Notes: generated by a model not told the origin, from the sequence alone. 64,000 nt of DNA from Paraspadella gotoi (GCA_051294375.1 CM119270.1:13805316-13869315); one strand, 5' to 3'; shown: positions 25,901 through 40,295, numbered from the stretch's first letter. Numbers and translations are program-made.

Positions 25901-26393
25901 ATACACTACTTTTTGGTGTTCTGTTCTACTTAAAAGTCGTCTATGTACTTCGCTTCAATCTAGGACTTCTACTTATATTGTCATTACTTCTTCAGTGGTA
26001 TATTTTGATTCGTGAAAACTCATTCTACATGTCTTGATTACATTTTTATTGACTGCATTCGAATTTCGCAAAAATAAGTTACAAACGAGAGAGAGCAGTG
26101 GGATGTCTTATCAGTCATAGAGAGAGAGGCGTTTTAATGGGGCGGAAGTTATATGGCTAGGAAGCAGACGCAGGAAGAGAGATTGAGCGAGAGAGGAGAG
26201 AGAGAGAACGACACCGCGAACGTAGAGGGGAGAATTGGAAAACATACAGACAGACGAAACGGGTGAGACTGGGAATAAGATGGAAAGGGAAAGAGAGATC
26301 CACTTGTAGGTTTTCTGGGGCAAATTTTTGAATTTTTACGCCTTTAAACGAATATACAAGAAAAAAAAAGGAGAGAGAGCGGAGAGAGAGGGA

Positions 26394-26428
<35 letters not shown>

Positions 26429-26794
26429 GAGAGGGAGAGGAGAGGAGAGCAGAGAATTGGATATTCGCGAGAAGGAGAAGAGAATTAAACTCCTCGATCC
26501 AACACAATTCCTCGAGCGATGATGCGTTCGATGGGAACAATCATTTTGTTGTTGTCGCAGGCCGGTTCTTGTTTTCGTTTATGGCCGAGTTTCTTTTCGT
26601 TCGATATTTCGGTGATTGGCTAAAAATATTCTCGGCGTGAATCTCGGGTGCACCGTCGATTCACTCTATTCGCTCCGGGTCACCGAACCAGTCACGCGAG
26701 CGCTCAAACGCACGACGCCGTCACAAATGACAGGACCACGTCTGTGTACCAAACTAACTTTCTCGCGACTTTAGACGACCGAAAATTCGTGAAG

Positions 26795-28770
26795 GCGGAA
26801 ATCGGGAATCGAGAGTGCATTCTTCCCACGTCGCCCGAGGTTAAGGTTTGAGTTTAAGCTTCAAGGTTTGAGTTTTGTATGTTAAGATTAGGTAAGTTTA
26901 AAGTTTAGTTTAAGTTAAAAGTTTGGAGTCAAGTTGAAGTTTTTCGATTGAGTTCGATATGTATGGGGTTTTAAGGTTTTTAAAATTTCTTCTAGCCTAA
27001 GTTAAGAATAAATTATTGATTTTGGGACCCTTCGATGAGTGCCCACTCTTTCTCGTAATTGTGAGGAATAAAGATTCATAAACATGTCATTTATTATCAA
27101 GACGTCGTTTACAATATTTAAGCTTGCTAAACAACCTCCGCTCATAGCTGCCATTCTGAGGTCATCCAATTTTTTTTTCAACTTTGATAGCAAAAATTTA
27201 TAATCGATTTTGGTCAGGTTTTAAGGTAATGTTCTTTCGTTGAAAGTTTGCTGCTGAGATAAAAGAGACCAGAGAGAGAAAAAGAGAGTCGATAATAAAA
27301 GTCCGAAAATTGATGTATTCCATTTGAAGAACGACGACGACGGCGAACAAGAACGACGACATCGGTTCGATTGTAACGACGACGAATGAGACTCCGTGAC
27401 AATATTAAATGTGACCGACAGCAACGTGACGGCGACGGGACGACGACGACGACTCGAACGTCTTCGCGTGACCGTCATGCCCGCCCCGGATGCGAAGCAG
27501 GTCAGTTCGAAACTTACCAAGGTAAGTTTTAAGTCGAGGTCAAAAAAGGACGTTTGCTGAGGTTAGGAAAATCTGGGGAGAGAATTCTATTATTTTTTAC
27601 AAAAAGGTTTGTGCTTATTCGTCACTTATGTCATGTTACGGCTCCACTTCACAGTGCTTATTATAAGTGATTTTGCCGACGGAAATTGTTTCTCTCAAAA
27701 AAAAAAAAAAAGTGAATTTTGTCGAAAGGAATCGATTTCTTCTCTTCTTCTTTCTTCTTCTTTAAATTCGACTTGCCTTCTGTTTCGCCCAAATTCGCCG
27801 CAGGTTCGCCGCAGTTTTCGGCCCGATTCCACCCCCCCCACAAGATTTCTCTCAACTTCCGATGGTGCGACGGGCCAAAAACTTTCTTTTCGAAATTCCC
27901 AGTCCAGACTGATCGGTTTTGTCTGAGTAGAGCGGGCGTCATAGCGGGGCTCGTTGAAAGAAGGGCGTCTATGGGAGCCTGCAGGGCCCCGGAGCCAATG
28001 CCTTCGACGTTGCCACCCTACGATGTGCGTCCTTCTTTCGGGCCTTTGGGGCCCGAGTCTGTGTTTTTCGAATGACAAGTCATCATCAAATATAAATATA
28101 ACGTAAAAATATTTAGTCATATTAATCACGAAGCCCAAAAAAAGTAGTTTTTAATTTTCTAGAAAAAAAAAAAAAGGTGACGCTGACGAATTTCGGAGTG
28201 GTCGTCGAGAAGGTTTCGTTAAGTTTCTGTGGACGCAAGAGCCGTCATTTTCGTCAAGTGTCTCGTGAACTGAACTGATTCTGCTCTGGTCCCAGTCATT
28301 TATCAACGCTGTGTTCTGTGAACATCGGGGTCGGTAGGAAGGATTTTTAAAAAGGTTAGCAATAAATATCCATAAAAATGTAATGAGAAATTAAATAAAA
28401 AGTATTTAATTAAAAATAAATAACAGTATGATTTATTATTAAATTAATTATGTAAAATATAAATATAAAGTAAGACAATTCAATTAAAAATAATTCTCTC
28501 TTTCTCCTCTCCTATTCGGGTTAATCGAAGTTTTGGGTTCTTTAATACATAAATTGAAAAAAAAAAAAATTATCAGTTTTTTAATTATCGAATATATTAA
28601 TTACAAAAAAACACTCTACTTTACCGTCGTATCCTTTAAAGGGAATGGAAAATCTTCATTTTCGAGATTTCCCATTTTTTCTCTTTCAAGGTCCCAGATC
28701 CATTTTCTTTCAAACTCACCTCTTTCTCAATCTTTCTTTCAAACTCATTCTCACTTCCAATTCATTTTCT
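26795..28770. repeat. Direct copy of 30158-32150 (third copy inverted at ~44980-47030)
   Basis: Collinear identity with scattered indels, ending abruptly at TTCCAATTCATTTTCT. Confidence 0.92.
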
Positions 28771-29786
28771 TGCCACCCAAAGGGGGCCAGGGCAGAAGCG
28801 TGACACGGGAACGAGCGGGACGACAGCGAAGGCGCCCGCTCGCACTCGCCGCTCGCTGCGCGCGCGCGCTGCGCGCGCGCTGCGCGCAGGAGAGCAGAGG
28901 GACAGAGAAAGAGAATGGTGAAAAAGCAAGTGGTGAAAAGAGGTTGGGTGGAAGAAGCAAGGAGCTGAGGACTTGAGGGGGGAGAAAGGTGTGTGGGGTC
29001 CGGGGGCAGGGGGGCTGCGGCGGATGTTCGGGTGGTGGCGGGCAAATGGGGGGTGTTGTGTCACCGGGGGTCAGACTGTGGGCGGCGAGAAGGACCCGGC
29101 CATGGACCGGTCACAGGGCCAGCTGGCTGCCAGGGCACGGTAGGGCCGTGCAGGCACGCGCAGCGGCGCCATAGGCGCCATGCCATGTCGGCTCTGCGTT
29201 GCCGGAATGTCCGAGTGTGTGCCACCGGGGCCGGCTGTGGTGTGAGGGGGATGGCGCATGCCCACCAGCAGGTGGATGTCCGCAAGAGGCAAGGGTGTGC
29301 GACGTGGATGGTGACGAATGAACGGGAAAGGACACTACCGTGCCAGCCACGAAATCCGCACAGGCTCGTCGCCGGCTTCATTGGCGTGCTGGTGGGGGAA
29401 GGGCACGAAAGTGTCCCGCCCCCCCAAAGTCACGTCGGGACCTCAGGAGGGTGGTTGGGCGGGTGTGGTGTGGGTGGCCGGTGGTGAGTGTGGGGCAAAG
29501 GGGGAGGAAAGCGCCTGTCAGTGTGAGGTCGTGGACCCGGGGACTCCGAGGAACGGGGCTGGGCATGACGAAGCGTGCGGGGTGGAGCAGAAAAGGGACC
29601 AGGAGAAGGAAGAGAGGGCAGGAGGGGCAACCATGGGAAGAAAGGAGAGAGCCCGGGGGGCGAATCCACGAGCCAAGCGAAAAAGCGAGAGGAGTACTTT
29701 GACGCGGCGTAACGGGCGCGCTTGGCTGCGACGGTCGGTGGGGCGGAAGAGGCTGGAGGGANNNNNNNNNNNNNNNNNNNNNNNNN

Positions 29787-30711
29787 GACCGACGGCACCG
29801 TACCTGCGTGCGCCCCTGCGTGCGCGCGTGTGTGGTCACCGGTTCGTCGGGTTTTTATTTTACTTTCTTCTCNNNNNNNNNNNNNNNNNNNNNNNNNNNN
29901 NNNNNNNNNNNNNNNNNNNNNNNNNNNNNNNNNNNNNNNNNNNNNNNNNNNNNNNNNNNNNNNNNNNNNNNNNNNNNNNNNNNNNNNNNNNNNNNNNNNN
30001 NNNNNNNNNNNNNNNNNNNNNNNNNNNNNNNNNNNNNNNNNNNNNNNNNNNNNNNNNNNNNNNNNNNNNNNNNNNNNNNNNNNNNNNNNNNNNNNNNNNN
30101 NNNNNNNNNNNNNNNNNNNNNNNNNNNNNNNNNNNNNNNNNNNNNNNNNNNNNNNNNGCGAATCGGGGAATCGCGAGTGCATCTCTTCCGCATCGTCACC
30201 CGAGGTTAAGGTTTCAGTTTAAGCTTCAAGTTTTGAGTTTTTTATGTTAAGATTTAAGGTATAGTTTAAAGTTTGAGTTAAGTTTAAAGTTGGAGTTCAA
30301 GTTGAAGTTTCGATTGAGTTCGATATGTATGGGGTTTTAAGGTTTTTAAATTTTTTCTAGCCTAGTCTCAAGAATAAATTATAGGCCCTCTGTGTAATTT
30401 TAGGAGTTTGATTTTGGGACCCTTCGATGAGTGCCACTCTTTCTCGTAATTGTGAGGAATAAAGATTCATAAACATTCATTTATGATTAAGACGTCTTTA
30501 CATATTTAACTTGCTAAACACCTCCGCTTCATAGCTGCCAATTCTGAGGTCATCCAATTTTTTTTTCACTTTGATAGGCAAAATTTATAATCGATTTTGG
30601 GTCAGGTTTTCGGTAAGTTCTTTCGTTGAAAGTTTGCTGCCTGAGATAAAGAGACCAAGAGAGAGAAAAAGAGAGTCGATAATAAAAGTCGAAATTGTGT
30701 ATTCATTTGAA

Positions 30712-30744
<33 letters not shown>

Positions 30745-32428
30745 CATCGGTCGATTGTAACGACTGACGAATGAGACTCGTGACAATATTTCATGTGACC
30801 GACAGCAACGTGACCGTGACGACGACGACGACGACGACGACGTCTTCGCGTGACCGTCATCCGCGCCCCGGAGCGAAGCAGGTCAGTTCGAACTTACCAA
30901 GGTAAGTTTTAAGTCGAGGGTCAAAAAAAGGGACGTTTGCTGAGGTTAGGAGATCTGGGGAGAGAATTCATTATTTTTTTACAAAAGATTTTGCTTATTC
31001 GTCGCTATGTCATGTACGCTCCACTTCCACAGTGCTTATTATAAGTGAATTTGCCGACGGAAATTGTTTCTCAAAAAAAAAAAAGTGAATTTTGTCGAAA
31101 GGAATCGATTTCTTCTTCTTCTTCTTCTTCTTCTTCTTTAATTTCGACTTGCCTTCTGTTTCGCCTCAAATTCGCCGCAGGTTCGCCGCAGTTTCGCCGA
31201 TTCCCCCCCCCCACAAGATTCTCTCAACTTCCGATGGTCGACGCCGAAAACTTTCTTTTCGAAATTCCCAGTCAGACTGATCGGTTTTGTCTGAGTAGAG
31301 CGCGGCGTCAATAGCGGGGCTCGTTGAAGAGGGCGTCTATGGGAGCCGTGCCAGGCCCAGAGCTAATGCCTCGACGTTGCCACGCATCCGATGTCGTCCT
31401 TCTTTTCGGGCCTTTGGGGCCCCGAGTCTGTTTTTCGAATGACAAGTTTCATCATCAAATATAAATATACGTAAAAATATTTAGTCATATTAATCATGAA
31501 GCCCAAAATAAAGTAGTTTTATTTTTCTAGAAAAAAAAAAGTGACGCTGACGAATTTCGGAGTGTCGGTCGAGAAGGTTCGTTAAGTTTCGTGACGCAAG
31601 AGCCGTCATTTCGTCAAGTGTCTCGTGACTGAACTGATTCTGCTCTGGTCCAGTCATTTATCACGACTGTGTTCTGTGAACATCGGGGTTCGGTAGGAAG
31701 GATTTTTTAAAAGGTAGCAATAAATATCCAATAAAAATGTAGATGAGAATTAAATAAAAAAGTATTTAATTAAAAATAAATAACAGTTATGATTTATTAT
31801 TAAATTAATTATGTAAATATAAAAATATAAAGTAAGACAATTCAATTAAAAATAATTCTCTCTTCTCTACTCTGATTCGTTAATCGAAGTTTTGTTCTTT
31901 AATACATAAATTGAAAAAAAAAATTATCAAGTTTTTTTAATTAATCGAAATATATTAATTACAAAAAAAACTCTATCTTTAGCCGTCGTATCCCTTTAAA
32001 AAGGGGAAATGAAAATCTTCCATTTTTCGATGATTTCCCATTTTTCCTCTTTCAAGTCTCCAGATCCACTTTTTCTTTCAAACTTCATCTCACTTTCAAA
32101 TTCATTTTTCTTTCAAACTTCATCTCACTTTCCAATTCATTTTTCTTTCAAAGTCGTTTTCCTTTCAAAACATTTTCTTCAATTTTACTTTCGAAATCGT
32201 TTTTTTTTTCCTTTTTTTTTCTTCTTTCCTTTTCGGACCAATTTTCTTTCGAATAATTTCCCGTCCGAAACTTTTTTTTTAAATCGTGTTTTTTGTTTTC
32301 ACTTTTTTTTTTGTTTTTTGTCGTTTTTTTTTGGCGAAAATCTGCCAGACGAAGAAGACGCTCCGAAAGTAAATCTTCCTTTAACGACCCAAAAACTTAC
32401 TTTTTTTTCTCATCTTACAACGAGAGAT

Positions 32429-32526
<98 letters not shown>

Positions 32527-34870
32527 GAAATCTATGTTTAATCAAGTGGATATTAATGGTACTCAATGAGCGAGCAAAGAGTACGCTCGTCCCGAAAGAG
32601 TTCCAGAAACCACCAGTACGAATTTTGTTAAGTAATTCATTATTATAATTCAAAATGTAAGAACGTAGACAGAAAGGAAAACGTATTATTGCGTCAAAAC
32701 TCGCAATTTTAATAAATATGTAGCAAAATTGTAATTTAACGAGTTACTATGAATGCTATGAAACGCAAAGGGAGGTATAGTTAGTAAAGATTATAAACGG
32801 GAGAAACATTACTTTTTATCCCCTTTTCTCACTTTTCTTTTTCACTCTCTCTCCAAATTTCTCTTTCTCTTCTCTCCTCACCCAATTCCCAACTTCTGCT
32901 TTTCTATTCTTCTTTTCTTTCTCACTTTTCGTTTTCTGTCCTCAATTTTGTCCTCAGACTGAGGCTCAATTCTCCTTCTCTTTTCCTATACCTTTTTTTT
33001 CGCCGCCCACGTCTTCGCTCTTACTTTTTATTGATTTTACTGAAATACTCGTCACCAAAATTTCTATCGCTTAACCCAGATTCTCTCTTTGCTCAACCCC
33101 CGATTCTCCCAATCCCATCGCTCAACCTCCCAATTCTCCCATCGCTCAACCCCGAATTCTCCCATCACTCAACCCATAATTCTCCCATCCTCGGCATACC
33201 TTCACACCACAATTCTCCTATCGCTCAACCCATTCTCCCCATTGCTTCATACCCTAAATTCTCCATTCATTCAATCCCAAATATTCTCTCATCGCTCATC
33301 CCCCAATTCTCCGATCGCTCATCCACCAATTCTCTCATCACTCATCCGCCCAAATTCTCCCATCGATCCTCCTCAATTCTTGCCATTTGGCTCATCCCTC
33401 CAATTCTCACAATGCTCATTCCCCCAATTCTCATCTCCCATCGCTTATCGCCTTTCATTTTCCCCATCCCTTCATTCCCAATTCTCAGCATCGCATCATC
33501 CCATCAATTCTCATTCGCTCATTCCTCAATTCTCAGCATCGCTCATCCTCAATTCTCCCATGCGGCCTCATTCTCAATCTTCGCCCATCGCTCACCCTCA
33601 ATTCTCCCCATCGCTCAAACCCCATCAATTCCCTCACATCGCTCATTCTCAATTTCTCGCCATCGTTATCATATTCATTCAATTCTCCCATCGTGCTCAA
33701 CCTCTCAATTCCTCCGCCATCGNNNNNNNNNNNNNNNNNNNNNNNNNAATTCTCCCATCGCTCATTCCTCAATTCTCCCATCGCTCAACCCTCAATTCTC
33801 CCATCGCTTCAAATCGCTTTTTAAGAGTCGACGAAAGATGAATTCCCTTCGGAACTTTAAGACAAAATCTTTTTTTAAAAAAAGACAAAAAAAAACTTTT
33901 CTCGGGTGAAAAAAAAAAGGACAAAATTACAAGAAGGAATTCCGACGAGTGAAAACAAAAAGCGAAACTTGGTTGAACACAATCGAACGAATATTATAAT
34001 GTACGACTATATAATATACGACTGTACAATATACATAAGTACTAATGTCTATATGTACGAATATACTTTTCTTTTTAGTGATAATTTTCTTTCACGTTTC
34101 TTCCGAAGGCTTCGTCCGGGCTCGTCCGATTCCGCCCGGGATTTCACTGGGTGTGAACCGGAAAAATGTGAAAACAAAATGATCGTTTCAAATTCGAGGT
34201 TCCAAACAGAATCGCTTTCTTGTTCGAAACAAAAAGAACAAACATTACGCTAGTTAGAAAATATAAATACTTACTATCTATATATCAACATTCTCTTTAC
34301 CTTCAGCGTTTTTCTCCGTCTAGCGCCCTCCTCGGGTCAAATATATATACAGTCCTTGTTTTAAACTCAAATACAGAAAGAATGTTTGCCTACAAAGAGA
34401 AACAATATCGTCTGTTTGGTTGAAATACAGTCTCCTTTCTCTCCTCAGTTTGAAAACAAACGTTTGTGATAGACTTTTTTTTCCCTCTTCGCCAAAAAAA
34501 TGATTCACATCTCAAGAAAGAGAGAAAAAAGGCCATTCGCCGCTCAGGCCGTGTGACCTCTGACCCCGGTGCCCTTATTAGCCCTCAGTCCAGCCCTTCA
34601 ATCGACAATCGTTTTTGGAGCCGAGATCCCGGAAGAGGTTTCACTCTCTCTCTTTCCTCTCTCTCTCTTCTCTCTTCTCTCTTACTCTATCGTCTCAGTT
34701 CTCTAACTCTCTCTTCTCTTCTATTCTCATCTCATGTCCTCTCTCTCACATCATCTTCTTCGCCCGTTCTGGTCTCTCTCGCTCATGGGTGGTCTTATTC
34801 TCTACCTTCGCACTCTCTGTCCTCCCTCTCACCTGAGTAAAAACAAAGCGGGTTTCAAATTTCTTATTTA
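29787..34870. repeat. Forward arm of large inverted duplication (partner 41960-47768)
   Basis: 29787-29870 matches the RC of 47685-47768, 30158-34345 the RC of 43045-47030, and 34350-34870 the RC of 41960-42435. Confidence 0.92.
33060..33810 (+). repeat. ~23-bp minisatellite (AATTCTCCCATCGCTCA[A/T]CCCTC)n
   Basis: Many degenerate tandem units, interrupted by a 25-N gap; mirror copy at 43572-44065. Explains ORFs 33031-33909 and 33089-33841. Confidence 0.9.
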
Positions 34871-37800
34871 CGCCGCGAATAATGATCAAGTCAAAGAGAA
34901 GATTGTTAATGAACGAAGTAAGGGACGAAAGAAGAACGAAGGAAGAGAGAGAGTAAGGGACAAGCACGAACAGAGCATAATGAAGAAGAGAGAGATAGAG
35001 TAGGTAAGAGCGAGATGAGAGTATGGTTTGCTAGGTCAAACAGAGAGATCGTGAAAGATGGAAAGTGACTAAACAAAAGAATCGAGACGGAGAAGATATA
35101 TTTATAGGCGGGGAGGAAGATTTTGAAAGCGCAGCGCTAGATTTCGAGCGAGCGACTTTCAGAACCGCCGCACGACTAGACGCTCGACCGTATCTACGTA
35201 CGTTTTATTTACTGATTACGAAATTCGACGTACTGGACCGTGATATATACGTCGACGAACACGAACCGACGACGAACGACGTTCGCACCGACGACGCCAA
35301 ATTGGAAGAGCGCACATCTGGGAGCAGGTATCCTTCGGCTCTGATAACGCGTCCCATCACGGAGGCATTTTATCCTCCTCTCTTCTCTTGCCCCCTCCCC
35401 AATCGAGTCCAGTAACGGGCGTTAGGGGGAACGGTGCGGCTGCGTGGTGGCTCCCCCTGGGCATGGAGTTCGTTCCCCTATCGTCAACGGGGGCATCCGC
35501 CGGGAGGGGTAAGTGATCGAGGGGCGTAGGGGTGGAGGGGTAAGGTAGGTGAGGTGGGGCAGTAAGAGGAAAGTGAAAATTGCGTGCGGATAGTGGACCA
35601 GAAAGAGAGATTCTCTCAGTTATTCTAACTTAACTTTTGTGGCCGTTTTCATATACTGTCTATATCGCGACGAAGACTAAAAAATCTGTATTTCCGACGG
35701 AAAGCATCATGACAAAATTGTGTTGTGAATATTAATTCTTTTTTCATCCTCTCCCTATATGGTCCCGGCTCTTTCTTCTAAGTCCGTTCCCTCCTCGCAA
35801 TTTATGAACAACACATCATTTTTGAGTCGCTCGTAAGATCAGTTGTATAAAACACTCATGATTGTCTGGTAGGATCTGTTTGCTGTCATTTATTTGCACT
35901 ATATTCTGTTTTAACGTCCCTGTCTTCCCTGGGGCTGACATTTAGACGGAAGTTTTAACGTCAGAATACGTTTTTCTCTTGTTCAGTTATAAAATGGGGG
36001 TTGATATGTAGCTTTTTATCGCACTGTCTTCGCTTTTCTTACTTGCTTTGCTCTAGACTTCTGTATCTTGCTTGCCTCGATACGCTGTGCTTCGAGTACG
36101 CTTACAATAGGTTACGAAATTATATACGATTTAGTTCTTTCTGCTTTTGCTCCCTCAGCTCTCATATCATTTGTCTTTCTGTTTTCTTATACCTTAAGAT
36201 TTATAATCATTAATTAACAAATTATAAATCGAATATCATTACAAAATAGGACAATTTACAGGCGTCGACTCTTCGCAAAGTTACAAACCTTTTACTTTTT
36301 ATTTATTATTGCAATATATTTGTTCTCGGTATTCTTTTCTCTCTATTCTGATCTTTCTTTCCTTTACTTTCTCTGTGGTTTTATTTTCTTTCACGGGGTT
36401 TATTTTTTCGTTATTCTTTGTTCTTTCTTGTTCTTGTATTCTTTTTATAAGCTTCTTCAATACGTTTTTACTATATTTCAATATTCTTTTCTTTTGCATG
36501 GTTCTTTTTGTTTTTCTCTTTCTCCTCTCCCCCATTGTCAGGTGGAAAACAACAACCATTACTTTATCCTTTCTATACATGATATAATCTATAATACTTA
36601 AATCAAAATTATACTAATGTGTTCTTGACTGTTTTAAACACTTATTTTTTTCTTTATACTCTCTTCTTTTCTTCTTTTTTCCGTTATTTTTCTTTGTTCT
36701 TTCACGGGTGTTTATCCTCCCCGGACGTCCTCTTAAATGTTTTATTTTTTCGTATCGTTGTTTCACCAGACTCTAAGTTACTCGTATTACTGTCGTCGTC
36801 GTCGTCGTTCTTGGTTTTTTTTACCTTCGAGATCAGATAAACACAAGAGGACTGAAATAAGAGAGACGAGGAAAAAGAGAGGATATACGGAGAAGAAAAT
36901 TACGTACAAGAGAAAACGATCACGGTAAAACAGAAAATTGTTCTATTGTTTTTAGGCGTGAGGGGTTTCTTGCATTTATAAAACATACATACATAGAAAG
37001 AAATCACCTCACTAAAAGTTTACCAATTTTTTTTACACACTCAAGCATAAAAGTCAAAAGATTCTTCGATGCTACGCAAAGTGCAGTACTATTTTTCTGA
37101 GTCTCTCTACGACTTCCACTCTTCCTCTTACCATCCTATAATATACTACACACTCTATTCCACTATCCCCCGTTGCTACTTCTTATATAGAAATAAATAA
37201 TGCAACCATGTAACAGTTTATATTCTTTCTAACGAACGCGACCCCACTAATAAAAAAACAGAGCAAAGATGTAGATGGATCTAATTGCATCATACAGTGA
37301 AATTTATTACAAAACAAAAAATAGGAAAAGATGGGAAAAAAACAAGTGTTAGGACGACTTTGCAGCTAGGGAGCCCGTAGAGATTCCTAGTTTTTTTTTT
37401 CTCCTGTAGATTTTTGTTTTTATTAATTCATATGTTTTCAAGACTTATCCAGACAATCACTGGTTGGTTTTTTTATTTCATATAAAACTAATTTATTTAA
37501 GACACAAAGAACTTCTTTCTAATTTTTCTTCTGTCGCCTGGTTCGTTCCATCCCGCACCGCCAAATTGCTTACGTAGAGAAACCGAAAAAATAAAGCTTT
37601 TTTACTAAAACAAAAAAAACGGCCGCAAACGACTGTTTTTCCGCAACGATGTAAAAAACAAAAAGATAAAACGCGGAAACTGTCTTTTAACAAGATGTGC
37701 ACTTGGTAACTTTTCTCAGGTGCCTGGGATAATAAGTTGAATCACATCTATGCTAGATATAATTAAAAAAAAAACAGATTCAGCTGAGACGGCAGAACGG

Positions 37801-38099
37801 ACATGACGTTCCAAGAGAGATAACTTTAAAAAGCAAAAGGAGAAAGAAGAAACGAGAGAGAGAGAGAGAGAGAGGAGTATTAGATTGTTGTCAGTAGAGA
37901 GTTGACGTAGAGAGTACGATTAAGTTTATCTATTTTCCCAATTTAAAGAGGGGATAAAACGTTACAACTACGCCAAGACATATGACACACCCGTGCTGCG
38001 AACCGTACGATGGAAGACAACCAGCGACCCGGAAGGCGGCGAATGAAGAGAGGGGGGCGCGCCCGCCGCGAAGACCTCGCCATTCGTGTTTCAATGTAA

Positions 38100-39480
38100 A
38101 AGGAAAGATTCAACGTTAAAAAGACCTATAAGCAACGATTTTTATTTTTTTTCTTTTCAAGAAAAAATAAACACTTTAACAAAACCAAGAAAAAAACGCT
38201 TTATCTCCAATGTTTAAAAAAGAGATTAAAAACGTTTAAAAAACAGGTAGCAAGACCTTTTTTTCTTGCTTTATTTCCAATAATTAAAAAAGGAAATTAA
38301 AAACTTTAAAAAAAACGTAAACGGATTTTTCCCAATGTAAAAGAAGTAAAAAAACACCGCTAAACGGTTTTTCCCTTCCTTAATGTATAAAACGTTTTAA
38401 TAACGGGGTGTTAAATACGAAACCGGGCAGGGGACCGACATTTTCTTGGCATGGGAGGAACATAGGCACTTTAAAAAACAAAGAAAAGTACCGGGGGAGC
38501 TTATATTTATGTTCCTCCACCAAATTGTAGAGGAATACGTAAAGCAAACTTAGCAAAACTTCTTTTCATATAAAAAAAATAATCTTTTTTAAAAAACCGG
38601 CAAACGATTTATCAGCTCGCCCTAAAGGAGATAAGAAAACACAGTGCGATAAAACGTACCTTTTCTTAAATGTAAAAGAGATAATAAACGGTAAAAAAAC
38701 TATCAGCAAAACGATTTTCCCCAAAAAGAGTAAAAACGTTGTAATCAGAAAAAAAACCGTTTTTCCATGTTTTAAAGAAGTATAAAAAATAATATTAAAC
38801 TTTAAAGAGAGCCAAATTTTCTTTTGTGTTCCAATATAAAGAAATAAAGAATTTAAAAAAAGCCGGCAGACATTTTGTGTGGTGGTCCAAGTGTAAAAAA
38901 GATTTAAAAAACTGTTAAAAACCATCAAAACACTTTTTATTGCAGTTGTAAAAACGAAGATAATAACACTGATCCTAAATAACGCGGCAGGACTCCGACA
39001 TTTCGGCAATGTTAACAAGCAATAAAGAACGGTTAAAAACAGCTAGCAAAGCTTCCTTTCGCAATATAAAAAGAAATAAAACTTAAAAAACCGGGTAAAG
39101 CGATTTTTCCCAATGGAAGAGATAAAAAAACGCAATAAAGTTTTCTATGTAAAAGTGTATAAAACGTAATAACAACCGGAAGACGACCATTTTCCTCAGA
39201 GAATAAGTAGAATTTTAAAAACAAAGAAAAAAAGCTGAAGAACGCTTTTTCCAATGGTAAAAAGAGATAAAAACGGTAAAAACAGACTAGCAAACTTCTT
39301 TTTCGCAATATGAAAAGAAATAAAAACGTTAAGACACTGCTCTATGCGCAACATTGCCTTTTTTCGCTAAATAATATAACAAAATAATAAACTTTTAAAA
39401 AACCAGGCAACGTTTTTTCGCAGTTTAAAAAGACTATAAAAAACACCGGGGATAACGATTTTTTAATGTAAACGAAGTTT
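38100..39480 (+). repeat. Very degenerate A-rich ~50-bp tandem repeat (AAAACGATTTTTCCCAATGTAAAAGAGATAAAAACGTT-like)
   Basis: Recurrent AAACG.TTTT.CCAATGTAAAAG motifs with heavy noise. Confidence 0.6.
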
Positions 39481-40295
39481 TGGAGCAAACAAATGGTCGG
39501 ATCTGCTACGACATATTAATTTATTAATTATCGAATTAATTAATTTATAATTAATTTTTAAATATGTAATAAATTAATTTTAAATTTTTAGTATGATCAA
39601 CTTTATCATGCATCGACTGTTCTTCTTAAAATGGGTTTAGCGAACAGTTAATTAAATAATTTTTGTTGCCATTTTATCAATAAAACAAATATCCTTTAAT
39701 TTTTATTTTTATGTCTCCCATTTGTCCTCTCTGAACTCCTCACTCTCTAGTCTCTCTCTCATCACTCTCTTTTATGGCAATTGCGCACGATCTTTTATGC
39801 TTTTGAAGATTTTTTTAACTGCATCATTTTTTTCACATTAATTAAGTTAATTATTAACGTAATAATTAATTTAAATACATTTATATACGTAATTCATTAA
39901 TATTAAAGGATCCGCAAGTATATGTGAACTAATGTTTTTCATCCTAAAACTCCATTTCCACTTGGCACAATCTGCTCGTAAATTATAATACTTATTACAT
40001 ATATTATATACTTTAAAAAGCTTTCTAAGTGCAACAAACCCAATGAACTAAATCAAAAGTAACATTGAAAATCGAGTTAGTAGTAAAAGGATATAAAAAA
40101 GTTTAAGAGAACTAGATTTCAGGAAAAGTATTAATTTTGGGCCCTGCCTACTAGATATTAGGACCGGAACAGGTGTTTAAAAAGGCTTGGAAGGGTTCTC
40201 GTTCACATGGTTAATGGTTTATGGTTAGCGACTATTTTAAATATAGAAAATGAAAAGATAATTTTAAAGATTTTTTGCTTTATCAATTTTTTTTA

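Noticed and set aside
30205-30325. GGTTTCAGTTTAAGCTTCAAGTTTTGAG as a nematode SL1-like leader, or the surrounding hexamers as telomeric repeat
   Set aside because: It does not match SL1 (GGTTTAATTACCCAAGTTTGAG), has no donor plus Sm site behind it, and has no perfect TTAGGC/TTAGG(G) run. It is a degenerate AAGTTT-type repeat.
33060-33810. Repeat array as possible CRISPR, or the 250-292 aa ORFs over it as genes
   Set aside because: Units are contiguous with no unique spacers, there are no cas genes, and the context is eukaryotic. The ORFs are translations of the minisatellite.
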